From Eledone cirrhosa (lineage: Eukaryota), in assembly GCA_964016885.1 (NCBI GenBank), contig OZ024742.1, positions 304,854,001 to 304,918,000 on the forward strand: a stretch of DNA of 64,000 bases, written 5' to 3'. Both the position numbers and the translations under genes were made by a program. The notes below the pieces were generated by a model. It worked only from the letters and a program-made list of their open reading frames with translations. It was not told where the DNA came from and did not search any database. Shown piece by piece: positions 40,424 through 54,115 of the stretch; within the stretch, counting starts at the first letter, position 1; every line of letters begins with the position of its first letter.

Positions 40424-41695
40424 TGACAAAGAATGTAAAAGTAGAACCCACAAATTGCAATACTATACAAGAGAGCAGACGGGATGTATGGAAAATAGAT
40501 AGGTGTCAGATGGGCGCATATATCTGGCAAAAGCAAAACAGGAAGTTGATAAGCATGTGTTCATTAATTTGAATGGGGTAAAGTTTGTTTTGTGACAGAT
40601 AGAAATAGGTCATCAGAATGAGAGTGTGTTTGTGAGTGACAGATGAGGGGGAGAAAAATGAAAGTTAATGGAAGTATTGTTTTTCTCTGTGCGCTACCCT
40701 ATTATAATATCACATACTTTTAAAGTTAGTGCACGTTTTGTAAGAACCCTGTTTAAAACCAATGCTATGTTTTATCATCTCCCTTTGCGATCTGGATCTG
40801 TGAAAATGTGGGCTTGAATTTAGCGTTTATCTCACTTGCAGTTGAGATAATACTTTCTATGTATGGGCTGAGCTTCCATAGGACGGTCATATCTTGTGTG
40901 ACCTTGCACCAATAATGTATTACAAAATGAACTGTGATTAGACTGCAGTGTAGGAAAGAAGCTCACGTTTAGCCGATTCTGCATCACGCTTTCGATGTTT
41001 TGTTTTCTATTATTGAGTGTTCTTGCGAAAGTCATGAGCAGCTTACAATTCCCTTTAGAAACTTTAATCTTGAAACTATTGAATGAATAACCTATCACTA
41101 GTGACAGCATTCAAGGTGTTTATAAGTCAGCTATCATTCTACTAATTCCCCGTGTTCGATTCTGTTTTAATATTTCTCCATTAAATATGGCCGCTGATGG
41201 CTATTTAAAAATATTCTTTATAATAATCCTTTAAAATTGATGATATCTATTGTCTTGCCATACACGGCGTATTTGAATGAAAATATGTTCAAAAGGAAAA
41301 TATTTTTTGAAAGATCAGGTGGATGCGCGTAACATTTGTGACTAGGTGACTAGGCAACATATAATACAAGAGAAATAAAATCAAAGCACATAACACCAAA
41401 CAGAGAAAATTACTTATAAAAAGCTATTGTTCATAATTTCCAAAGAGTAATACATGGAGTAATTTAATATGAATAGCGTAAGGAAAAAAAACTATGCAAG
41501 ATCTGTTTAAATTCGAATAAACATTTATTATGCAATAATTATTGTATAATAGATATTTTATCGAATTTCAACAAATCGTGTCTGTTATCTATATATGAAA
41601 TCATTAGGAATATATAAACATATTCACTACTGCTATATTGAGTGCCTTATTAAACTAGTTATTTCACTAACCCCTTCAGGATAGCATTCATAACC

Positions 41696-41785
<90 letters not shown>

Positions 41786-44348
41786 ATTAATATACTTGAA
41801 GATATCTATATATATAGCATGTGGTTCATGTGGCATAAAATAAATATAATTGCTTAATTGGAGATGAGAAACAATTGTTTGAATGTTATGGTGATAATAT
41901 AAAATCTCGCCGCCTAATGACTGAAACATTCTCATAAATACACTTGTCTATGATATAAATAAAGACCTTAAACGAAATAAAATGTTTTATTTTAACAAGA
42001 AGTTACCTATTATTAATTAAGAACATATTTACAGTTACGTATTTCATATCTAGTTCTATTGCATTCGAACCAAAAGTTGCTGAGTCACTGAGCTTCTACA
42101 CTGTCACTCAATCTGCTAGAAATATGCGACAAATAGTTGCTAAACATACATACTATTGTATTAAACAGAGAAATGTACATTCGAAATATAGTCATCAGGC
42201 GCTTGACGAGTTTGGAGATACCATTAAAAATACTGTGTCAAACGCTTCTTTATGAAAACGTAGCATAACAAAGGAAAATATCTCAAATATATAAAATAGA
42301 AATGGCTATGTTAGTATTCGTGTGTTAGTGCAAACGCAATGTACCAGATTTATTGTATTATGTGGTGGTATATAATATAGAGATGTTTATATTTATTAAG
42401 CTATAGAGTTGAATATTATTGTATTATGCAAGAGTAGTAAACGAAAAGTTAATAAGAAATTATAGAAATCAATATCAATGTCTTTGAAAACCATTTCAAT
42501 TCATTGGGTGTTTCCACTTAGCAAGGAGATGGCCTTTGCAGTTGTAGACACCCTATAAAATGTTGTACTTATAGTTCAAACAATAATTGTTCGCAGACGG
42601 CGAACCTTGTAATAAAATATTTTTCAATGAGGCAGTGACAACACTTCTTGGTATCGTTAGTATAATGTCTGGATCTTTCAAGTACCTTCCAAATAATCCC
42701 ATATGGGACGCCTTTCTCCCCTAATTTCTAAACCATTTTAAACATTATCTTCTAACTCGTCTAACCGTATGATCAGTAGATTACAATTTTGATCGCTCTC
42801 ACAACCTGGAAAAATGGTCAACATTGGATCATGAAACATTAGGCAGCGCTTTTGGTCTGTTTATGAATATAAAGAAATAATATAATGTATCAGCACTGGT
42901 ACCAGATTAAGTACAATTTTTTTTTTTTTTTACATTCACTGGTATTTTACTACACACACTCACTGACACACACACCCACACACACACACACATATATATA
43001 TATATGTGTGCGTGTGTGTGCGTGTGGACGTGTGTGTGTGTGTATGTATGTGTCTGTTTATGATTATATTCTCTCACAAACTTACATCTTCATTACTCTA
43101 CAGATACATAGCCACATACAACTTCATTGAAGTTATCACCCCATAAAATATTTCGGATACATAATTGGGAATAAGGTTCAAATATATGGTTATGTTACAT
43201 CTACCCAAACCAACGGGATAATATAAATGAAAGAAATATTATTCATTTAGGCAATGTAACAGAATAGGTAAGAAGGGAATACAATACCTAGATCTCCTTT
43301 TCAACATACATCTCCCTCTCTCTCTCTCTCTCTTTATTTCTTTCTTTTTCTCTCTCCCTCTCTCTACCGTTTGGTATATATATATACAAATAGAAAGAGA
43401 GATAAACGCATATATGTATATATATTACTTATATAATTCATATATATATATGTGTGTGTTTGTTTGTGAGTGTGTGTGTCTGTGTGCGTGTGTGTATGTG
43501 TGCGTGTGTGCGCGTGTGTGCGTGTGTGTGTGTCTGTCTGTCTGTGAGTGTGTGTGTGTGTATACATGTATGTATGTCGTAGTGTCTTTCCGCTAAATAT
43601 ATGGACATAAATTTCTATTTATGATCTGATATTCAATCCGATAAATATTCATTTACCCTACATTATATTTTCAAAATATTCTCAAATAAATATTCATAAA
43701 GAATTTAGATTCCTGCCCTATTGTATCCCTACATATATAAATTGCGAGAAGGGGCATGAAGACAGATAGATATTTTTATAGCGGGAGAGTGAGAGAGAGA
43801 GAGCGTGGTGTGTGTTTACCTCTAGCTGTGTCTGATTGTGTGGTAATAAGAGCAAGAGAAACTGCTAGTTATACAATTAGGAGTCATATATATATATTGT
43901 ATATATATATATATATATATATATACAAAATGTATATATATATATATGTATGAATATATATATATACACACACACACATATATATATATACAGATAAATA
44001 CACCAATTAATGGTAGGATCCAAGCCGTATGAAGAACTCAATGTAATCTGTATGTAGAAGATGTCGTGAAGCAAAGTTTAAAATACAAAATTTCAACGAC
44101 ATAATTCATTGGAAGCAGAGTCAAAATAATACAAATAATGAAAACAATGAAATTAAACAAAATACGGGTAATTCATAGTAAAACTCATTATTTTACGATC
44201 GTTCCTGGGGGGTAGTTCTCCGTATGTTCATTCTATTAGGGATCTATGTAAAATATATTACAAATTATCAAAATAAGAAAATATACATACGTCTTCACTA
44301 CCCGCCGTCTTCAGAAATAATTATTTAGGGAAGACGTATATATATAAT

Positions 44349-45215
44349 ATAAAACGAAAAATCCGTGATGCATCTGAACTCAATTTATTGTGTGTTACAA
44401 TTGTTTCGCCGGCGGACAGCTCAAGACGCGATCATTGTGTGGATCGGTCTGATTCTGGACCCGCAGGTTCGACGGACACGTCTAATGATTTCTGAGCATA
44501 TTCATCCGCTGGGGTATCTGACCCTTTGGGCCAGTACTGTCAAAAACTTCATCCTCTTCGCGCGTCCAGTGATTGGCCGCTGGTTGCCTACGTCATCATA
44601 AATTCTGACCACAGGTATTATTCCACTGTCTCATGTCTGCTACACTTCAATGAATTACTGCTGTGCTTGGTAGTCCACACATCCACGCGCGCACTCACAC
44701 ACACACATACACACACACACATACATACACACACATACAACCACATATATACCGACAGTCGTACGCATAGGCGCCCGCTAAACCCACACATTAAGGATAA
44801 CATATAAACATATAAACATATAAACATACGCATACCTTCACGTATATACATAGACACATTCCCACACACATGCTCATACACATGCATACGCATATGTATA
44901 CACGCACACACAAACACGTGTGTTTGTGTGTATGTGTATACATGCGTATATACATCTCACTGAGTGAGAAAATTTGCTCCGAACGAATTACCCGTGTCCG
45001 AAAGAACATGCAGCCGTAGAATCAGCCAGATCCATACAGTGATCATGTCTCGAGCTACCTGCCGGCGAAACAATTGTAACAAGCAATAAACTCAGTCCAG
45101 ATGCATCACTGATTTTTCGTTTTTTTATACTATCCACACTCTACTCTGTATGAATATTGAGTGGTAATTTTGGCATACTGCCTATGGAAGCACCATAGCT
45201 ACCATTATACACAAG
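44349..45215. mobile_element. Foldback element (arms ~44349-44510 / 44960-45129) with a hammerhead-like motif in each arm and a right-hand tail
   Basis: AAAACGAAAAATCCGTGATGCATCTG.. vs ..CAGATGCATCACTGATTTTTCGTTTT. Motif GTGT-CCG(TC/AAA)GA-long stem II-GAAA-CAATTG-TA-ACA. Tail CACACTCTACTCTGTATGAATATTGAGTGG. Confidence 0.7.
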
Positions 45216-45259
45216 TATATATATATATATATAAATATGTTATATATATATATATATAA

Positions 45260-45323
<64 letters not shown>

Positions 45324-45331
45324 TATATATA

Positions 45332-45368
<37 letters not shown>

Positions 45369-45568
45369 CACACATATATATATATATATATATATCAGAA
45401 AGGTCATCATAATTGGGTTAATGTGCATGATACCACATAAGATTATTTCCATCCACCTAGTGTTTCTAATATATATATATGATTATTTCATTCGCATGTC
45501 GAATACTTCGCTATTCTTATGAATCACATTATTTAGTAGAATAACTTCATCAGAGAACATGCAAAATG

Positions 45569-45607
<39 letters not shown>

Positions 45608-46049
45608 TTCCTATTTCTAAAGTACCAGTAATGCACTGAATGATTGCAGGCATTCTGCCAAATGTAGAAACAATTGTTATAGGTGTTATAACCGTTTCAA
45701 GTCGAAGTTTCAGCCACCACGTTTTCTCTGTAGGCATATAACTACGTCTTTCTCTCATGTCGAATTTTATAGTTCTGTACATTTGGTACAGTCATGGATC
45801 GGATTAAAACACTCCTGAGAAATTATCCGGTGTATGACTGCTTTCGACGGGAGCTAAGTTCTGAATATCCTGCACTACAGACGCACATGTTTTCTCACCT
45901 TTATCTGCTTCTTGAATGTATTTTCAGCCCTCATCATTCATCCACCATGGCTTCCCATAGTTATTGGCGCTAGATTTTCCTTATGTTTTTTTTCTCGTTT
46001 CATGAAATTCCATATTAATACATCTGAATTATTTCCTGTGAAAATTACA

Positions 46050-46089
<40 letters not shown>

Positions 46090-46278
46090 GGGCGGTGGAT
46101 TGGCAGTATCGGTAGAGGGTCGGACGCCATGCTTTGACGTATAGAGTTACGGCCCTTGTCATTCTGAGTTCAAATCCCGCCGAGGTTAACTTTGCCTTTC
46201 ATCCTTACGGGGTCGATAAAATAAAGTACCAGTAATGTACTGGGTAATTGCTGGCCTTGTGCCAATAGTGGAAACAAT
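46090..46278 (+). mobile_element. SINE family A, full length, in (TTA)n
   Basis: GGGCGGTGGATTGGCAGTATCGG...GAGTTCAAATCC...GCTGGCCTTGTGCC..GAAACAATTATT. Confidence 0.9.
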
Positions 46279-49066
46279 TATTATTATTTAATTTGGCGCG
46301 CAGTATAGATGGAAAATACTTCGGACAATTTAGTCATCTATCAATTCAAAACAAGGATATCCGACAAATACTACTTTCCTTAAAATGTGCGGGGTACCTA
46401 GAAAATGAAATAGTAGATGTACAATTATATCTACGTCACCATTTTAGGTTAAATTAATTCATCAATACTGCCATTTGAATTTACAACCGCTATATATTTC
46501 ATATAAAAATAAGCATAAGATTTTGCTCATGAATCCTGATTGGTTTCGTCAACATGACAAAATTGTTTCATTTCATATTTATTGTTTGTTACATTAAGTC
46601 GTATGTATGCTATTTCGAATATTCAGAGAGAGGATATATGTATGTGAGTCGGTGCGTGTGTGTGTGAGAGAGAGAGATAGAGAGAGAGAGAGAAAAAGAA
46701 AGAGAGAGAGAGACTAACAGGCAGAGAGACCTGTGTGGAAGGGAGGAAGAACAGGAAAATATAAGGAATGCCTAAAATATACTTGTAATCAATTCTTATT
46801 TAAGCTGGACCAGAAATATTACAGAGAGATTGACTGAAATTCTTTCAAGTAAATGGCTTGGTAGAAAGTGCAAATGTGTCAGAAGAGTAGAATCTATTTA
46901 GAATCTACAGTTTCTACGCTTCTAACAAATCTAAATTTTAGATCTATTTCACTCCACCTACACGATTATATTTTAGTTACTTTGTTTACTTTCAAAATGA
47001 TGTTAAAATTGTATGATTATTAAAATGTATACTTTGCATTTAAAATTAATTTAAGTACTGATGTGTAGTGGACTTTAATATAGTATCTCCAAGTTGTCTG
47101 TACTCACGATTTTGTGAATATAGAAGAAAAAGTAGATAGCAGTTTTTTTATTCACTCTATGTTTACGAAGTAGTTATGGAAACGTGTTTTATTCTGTTAT
47201 GTGGTGTAAAACGTGTGCAACACAAGTAGAAAATACTATTATTAACAACCGATTGTGTTAGGAAGAATTGAGAAAATTTCAAATTTGCAGTGTAGTCGTG
47301 CCAACACAAGTCACCATGATATTTGGCATTAAAATCGGCTAAATTAGACCTGGAGACGGAAAAAGTATACAGAAACGTCTTCGAGGAATCGAACTCAGTT
47401 GTTTACACTTCTAACTAAAGGTTTAAAATCAACAGCAGCAGTAGGAGTATTAGAATGGTAGAAAGACGATCACGCGAAAAGCTAACATCTTAACGATATT
47501 GTCAACACTTAAAATGATGTTTCAATGATCATCAGCATTTCTTCTTCTTCTTCTTCTTCTTCTTCTTCTTCTTCTTCTTCTTCTTCTTCTTCTTCTTCTT
47601 CTTCTTCTTCTTCTTCTTCTTCTTCTTCTTCTTCTTCTTCTTCTCATTATTACGACGATCATTATCACCTTCGACAACAGCAACAACAACAACAATGAAA
47701 TCAATCCGCCAATTGGTAATGTTAGCAACAACATTGTTCCTACATAATGACATTCTTTCCTGGCAATAAACAGCAGTAGGTCTTTAGGAATTCTCTGATT
47801 TATCACTAACTCCAACACCTTTGTGCCGACAGTATCCTCACCGACATTAATTTCTTCCAGAGAACAAACACCATCATCGCCAGTGCCAGCTTGTCCATTT
47901 TTTCCCCAACAACATGTCCTCCACCAACATTGATATTATCATTATCATCACTATAACCGACAGTATCAACATTATCGTCATTATTCACACTACACACAGA
48001 CTTCTCGTATATCATCGATATTCGAAAACCTGCAAATTCGCACAACAGTGAATATTCCTAGAGAAGAAGAGAAAAGATAATAGTAAATAATTTCACTCCA
48101 TCACAGCATGGACTTTATTGAGGCCACATGCAAATCATGTCGGTACCAAGTTCACAAATGCTTGATTCACTCTTAATGACACCGTTCCCATTGGTAAAGT
48201 CATATAACACCGCCAAACTTAGACACCCAAACTGTTCCTACATTAGCATTACTTATCTCAATGCAAAATTTAATACGCCAGCAATTACAACCGACAACTA
48301 TGCAGATATCACAAAAAGAATCCGCATATCCTAAGCGGACAACTGAAGAAAGATTAGTAAAAGCAAAAGTTTCCCCATGACCTTTACAACGCAATCGAAT
48401 AGAAACAACATCGACAAGCATTAGCATTAATTCATCCTACATCATCTAATATCACAATTGAAAACACAAACAATAACAACAACATCACTATTACCACTAT
48501 ATATAAAAATATTAACAAAAAGGAAGAATAATACATCTCATTTTTGCTAAAATCACCACTGACAGAAGAAGTAAAAACACCACTCTCACCGCTGTCGCTA
48601 CCACCACCTCCACACCTACAACCACCACCACCACTATCATTTTCACGTCTGAAAGTAACAATAAAACAGCTTTTCTTCCATCACTCTATTCCTGCTTCTA
48701 TACAAATCACATATCCCATTCCAAAGCGAAAATCCATTGCACCACAACTAAGTGGGAAATTGCAGTGTCCAATCGACTTCTAAAGAATTTGATGAGACAT
48801 AAGGGAGCAATGTCCAGTAGAGTGAAGTGGAAAAGAAGGCGGAGGTCAATATATCAAGACCACAAGAGATTTTAGTTGTAGCCATTTGAGATTTAAGAGA
48901 ATTGGTGGAATAATAACAAAGAGAGTACCCGTCTAAATAGGATAGCACAATCGAGATCTTTGTTGGGAAGTATTAATAACTTGGATCTTTGGTGCTAGCT
49001 TCTAGAGCAGTTATTAATGTGCACGCACTACTAAATAATATCGATTCCAATTGGCTGCATATGTAT

Positions 49067-49176
<110 letters not shown>

Positions 49177-49177
49177 A

Positions 49178-49359
<182 letters not shown>

Positions 49360-49538
49360 CACCCCTATATGTATGCATTTATATATATACATATATATGC
49401 ACGTATACAGTATAGATATATATGTGTGTGTGTGTATGTATGTATGTATGTACATACATATATGTACAAATACTTGTTCGTGTTATTGAGTTATATATAA
49501 AGTATATATTATTTGTATACACAATTATATATATGGAG

Positions 49539-49585
<47 letters not shown>

Positions 49586-49838
49586 AAATGGGAAAGAGAG
49601 AGAGTGAGAGAGTGACGTACATATATGAACATATGTATGTATGTCTCCTCCTTTGTAGTGAAATATTTGACTCCGCTTCATCCATTGCAGAATGCGTGAA
49701 CGCTACTGCCATTCCTCCACTACGAGAAGTCAATGGGTCTAATTACCATTTGATGAATATTCATAATCATGAAAGGACAAAGAATTCTCTACTTTGATCT
49801 AACTATATTAGATATATACGTTGTCTTTTATGTTTGTT

Positions 49839-49916
<78 letters not shown>

Positions 49917-50404
49917 GAATCGGTACCTCTTTATTGGACACCATCTGTATACTTATGAAATCAGACCCAATTTCTTACATAATTTCATGAGTTTAGATAT
50001 TACATTTTGATTTATTGTATTTTAATGCACGCCATTGAAGTATCGTGTAAATAATTAATTCAACATTTGTAAGTTTCCAGGCCAAAGTTAAGAATTTATT
50101 CTCGACGTAAATACGTACGTCCTATCATGACATAGTATTGCAATGTAGACATACAATTATTTATTTAACTAGACAGACAATTACTTTCCTCCAAGGAGAA
50201 ACTTTTTAATTTATTTATCTATACTTAAAGCTGTCGTTTCCTCGAATGGAGTCTTTCTTTTTTGATAAAACGCATCAAATTTACAATGTCAGCAGGCAAT
50301 AAAAATTTAAATGTCAACAATAATTTCAACCTCGTCAGGTAGAGAGTAAAAGGTAACCAGTCTATTGACTCGTTTCGACTACTTCATTAACCATGTATGC
50401 TTGG

Positions 50405-50700
50405 TTGTGATGGCCTGGTACTGAGTGGTTAGCATTTATATCTCACGATTTTAATATCGTGGTTTCGATTTTCGGTTTCACATTGTGTCCTTCAGCAAAG
50501 CACTTTATTTCACGTTGCTCCAATCCACATTGCGGATAACAATCTTTTGTACCAGTGCTTGTAACATATTGTACCACGCTGAATTTCCCTGACAAATACG
50601 TTAAGGTGACACGTGCGTATGAAATACTCAGTCGTTTGCATAGTAATATCATGTGTAGGCTCTTCCGTGTATCAAACAAATGAACACTTGGATGTCCAAT
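50405..50700 (+). mobile_element. Degenerate tRNA-derived CORE-type SINE (family B)
   Basis: TGGTACTGAGTGGTTAG A box, GGTTTCGATT B-box-like, GTGTCCTTCAGCAAAGCACTTTATTTCACGTTGCTCC. Confidence 0.7.
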
Positions 50701-52031
50701 ATTCTGAAGCTTAGTGGAAACGAATGTTTATAAATTATAAATTCGGAAGATGTTTATAGAGTATTTTCATTTTTTTGTTTTTTCATTGTCACAGATATAT
50801 TTTTTGCTATTTACACATATAATATTATGTACAAGTTGCCCTATTTCTAAAGGATAAAATAATTGAACTTGACATTATTTGGAGTCAGAAACTTATAAAA
50901 ACTCCACTATTACTCACCATGAAAGTCAGGTTGGAACTTTCTACCTGAGAACTAACATTGTTACATATAAAATAAAATGTGTCTGATTAACAAAGGTGCT
51001 GTATTGGTAAAAATAAGACTGTTATATGAGATAGGCAAGGAGATAGGCGTCAGTAGGATGAAGAAAAAACAGAAAAAGAATCGTGTGTAGAGTAGATAGT
51101 GTCTGCCTAGGGAGACATAATCAATGTTTATTACGGATGACTTGGGAAGGATTGACCATATCTCTGAGACGTGACTTACACTAAATGTAATTGAAAAACC
51201 GATGGGAAGAGGAATTATTTGACGCGAGAAAACATCCTGGATAGTACAATGGTGAGTATGTATGTATATATGCATGCCTCTAATTATATATATCTATGTA
51301 TAATTGTATGTATATATCTCGCTGCCTGTGTGTATGTATGTATATATGCATGTATGTATGTATATATTCATGTATATCTCTATATATATCTGTAGATACG
51401 AATGCCTGTATATATGTATGTGTATGAATGCGTATATATCTGTATATGTGTGTATGTGTGTACATATTTATATGTGTACATATGTATGTGTATGTATGTA
51501 TATGGGTATGCCTATGTGTATGTATATTATGAGTGTATCAGTGTATACACAGAAGTAGAATATTATTTGAATGAACTTAATAGAGATCTGTCCATGTAAT
51601 CATACATACATATATAATACATACGGTGCGTGCAAACACAAACAAATACATTCAAACTCACGCATATACACGCACATATATATATAGACAGACATACATA
51701 ATTACCTAAATTATTTTGTTTAAATTACAATGAACGTCTATTGTTTCTGTGTTAGAAAACATCCCCCTCCCCCCTCTTTCTCTCTCTCCCCTTCTCGCTG
51801 TATTGGTGAAAAATTAAGGAAAATATAGAAAAAAACTAGAACATACATGAATACATACATAAATACATACATACATACATAAATACATACATACATTAAG
51901 AATGTGCAAGTACAATCCATTAAGGGAACTATAAAAGTATGTAAAACATTCTAGAAGTTTACTATGTAATATTTGCATATATAACTACTAAAATACAGAT
52001 CCACACATGTAATTATATATATACCTGCATT

Positions 52032-52067
<36 letters not shown>

Positions 52068-52679
52068 CATACACACACACACACATACATACATCGATCA
52101 TAATTACTTAGTTGGTTTCGTCTGAATACCAATAGATGATACTTTATAAAGAGATGAATAACGCCGAAATTGTTAATGGCATGAAACTGTATAACTTAGG
52201 TATTGTTTGTGTCTGTTTTTAAAGAGTTCGCATCACTAAAATTAAGTCCCGAGTTCACGTCTAATCCTTAGTATTTTCGGCTAGCGTCATTTTCCATAGA
52301 CTCATGACAGCCCCTACTTTGTAAATAAAAGGGAATCGTCGTAAACTGTGAAAGTTCACTTCAAAGGAAATGTTGTCTCATACACTGTGTCAGGTTAAAT
52401 CCCTCTGAGACCTGCGTAAATTGTACATTGTAAATTGTATCGGATGATGATCAACCACTTACAGCTTAATTCCATTAGCAATCTGTCCGGTGATCAAAAC
52501 ACAGCAACATTCGTTATTGATACAGACGAAGATCCAAATATTCGTTCGATCAAAGTTCAAATGAAATTCAAATGATTTCAATAGAAACTGAATGTCGTAT
52601 AACATCATTTTTACACATAGACAAACCTCGATCCCTCTACCTATTAATGAGCATCTAACTAACTAATATGCATACACGT

Positions 52680-52820
52680 ATACACGGGCACACTAGAAGA
52701 AGGAGACCGAGGTTGACATATATTGAAGCCTTAAGGACAGACACTGGTCTCTGGGAGACGCAGGACATGGCGGCAATGATGAAGGATAGAGACCGCTGGA
52801 GAGAACTCTTCCATGGATCT
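52680..52820 (+). mobile_element. RTE-like LINE extreme 3' fragment
   Basis: HGHTRRRRPRLTYIEALRTDTG..MAAMMKDRDRWR matches the RTE C-terminal G.R.RGRP..(Y/W).....D......DR..WR pattern. Confidence 0.7.
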
Positions 52821-52835
52821 CGGGAGTTTTACCCG

Positions 52836-52900
<65 letters not shown>

Positions 52901-52907
<7 letters not shown>

Positions 52908-53107
52908 GTGAGGTTTTTTTACAAAATGAAAAGAAAAACCGAGGTGCCCTACACGAGTGAAAGTATAAGGAAAAAAGATGAAATAAAAATGCAAGTGACG
53001 TCTTTTTATAAAAGAATATATTTATTTGGTTACTTCACCGGTTTTGCAGTTCTTGTGCTTTTCAAAAGTAGAATGGAGATGGAGGGTTTGTGGTTTTTCT
53101 CACATTG
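52901..53107 (-). mobile_element. Single-arm copy of the 63215 Penelope-like element, with a mutated U3-A8 hammerhead
   Basis: Collinear with 63215-63427. Minus strand reads TACTT-TTGAAAA-GCAC..CTGC-AAAA-CCGG-TG-AAGTA. Confidence 0.75.
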
Positions 53108-53109
53108 TC

Positions 53110-53190
<81 letters not shown>

Positions 53191-53207
53191 CATACATACA
53201 GATATAT

Positions 53208-53390
53208 ATATTTATTAAAATAACAGATTAAAGTTTCAGAAGATCCCGTTAAGGGTGAAAGCAGCGATTCTTTGCTTAAACTTTAATCTGTTATTTTAAT
53301 AAATATTTGCTCTACGGTTCTTATATATTTGATATATATTTATCCTTATCGAGCCCTCTTTGGATTTTAGTCTTCAAATTCATTATTATT
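53208..53390 (+). mobile_element. Short foldback (29 bp perfect arms) plus tail, in (TA)n
   Basis: ATATTTATTAAAATAACAGATTAAAGTTT (53208-36) / AAACTTTAATCTGTTATTTTAATAAATAT (53278-306); tail TATTTGCTCTACG...TATCGAG. Confidence 0.65.
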
Positions 53391-53434
53391 ACTATATATA
53401 TATATATATATATATGAGACAAAAAAATATATAT

Positions 53435-53630
53435 ATATGAAAAATTCGGGACTCCGACGTCTGAACTTCCACCGTTTCAACAGCTAGATCAAAACTGTGG
53501 ATCTAGCAGTTGAAACGGTGGGTGCTCTGCCGTATGGGTCACGAATTTTTCATATTACCCACTCTACTACCGCAAGTATCGAGTACTCTGGTGAGAAATG
53601 ATCTAACTGGTTTTTACCCCTTCCATTATG
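53435..53630 (+). mobile_element. Foldback (53435-53555) plus tail, same family as 7501-7720
   Basis: ATATGAAAAATTCG...CGAATTTTTCATAT with inner CCACCGTTTCAAC/GTTGAAACGGTGG; tail TATTACCCACTCTACTACCGCAAGTATCGAGTAC. Confidence 0.72.
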
Positions 53631-53727
<97 letters not shown>

Positions 53728-53766
53728 CATATACATAAACTAGTATAAAATGTTTATATATATATA

Positions 53767-54115
<349 letters not shown>

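Noticed and set aside
45490-45565. Minus-strand CTGATGA with a GTTATTCT/AGAATAGC stem
   Set aside because: Followed by GAAG rather than GAAA, and stem I is out of register; at most a relic.
50310-50345. Minus-strand CTGACGA-GGTT-GAAA hammerhead-like match
   Set aside because: Stem II is too short to form and there is no stem I pairing.
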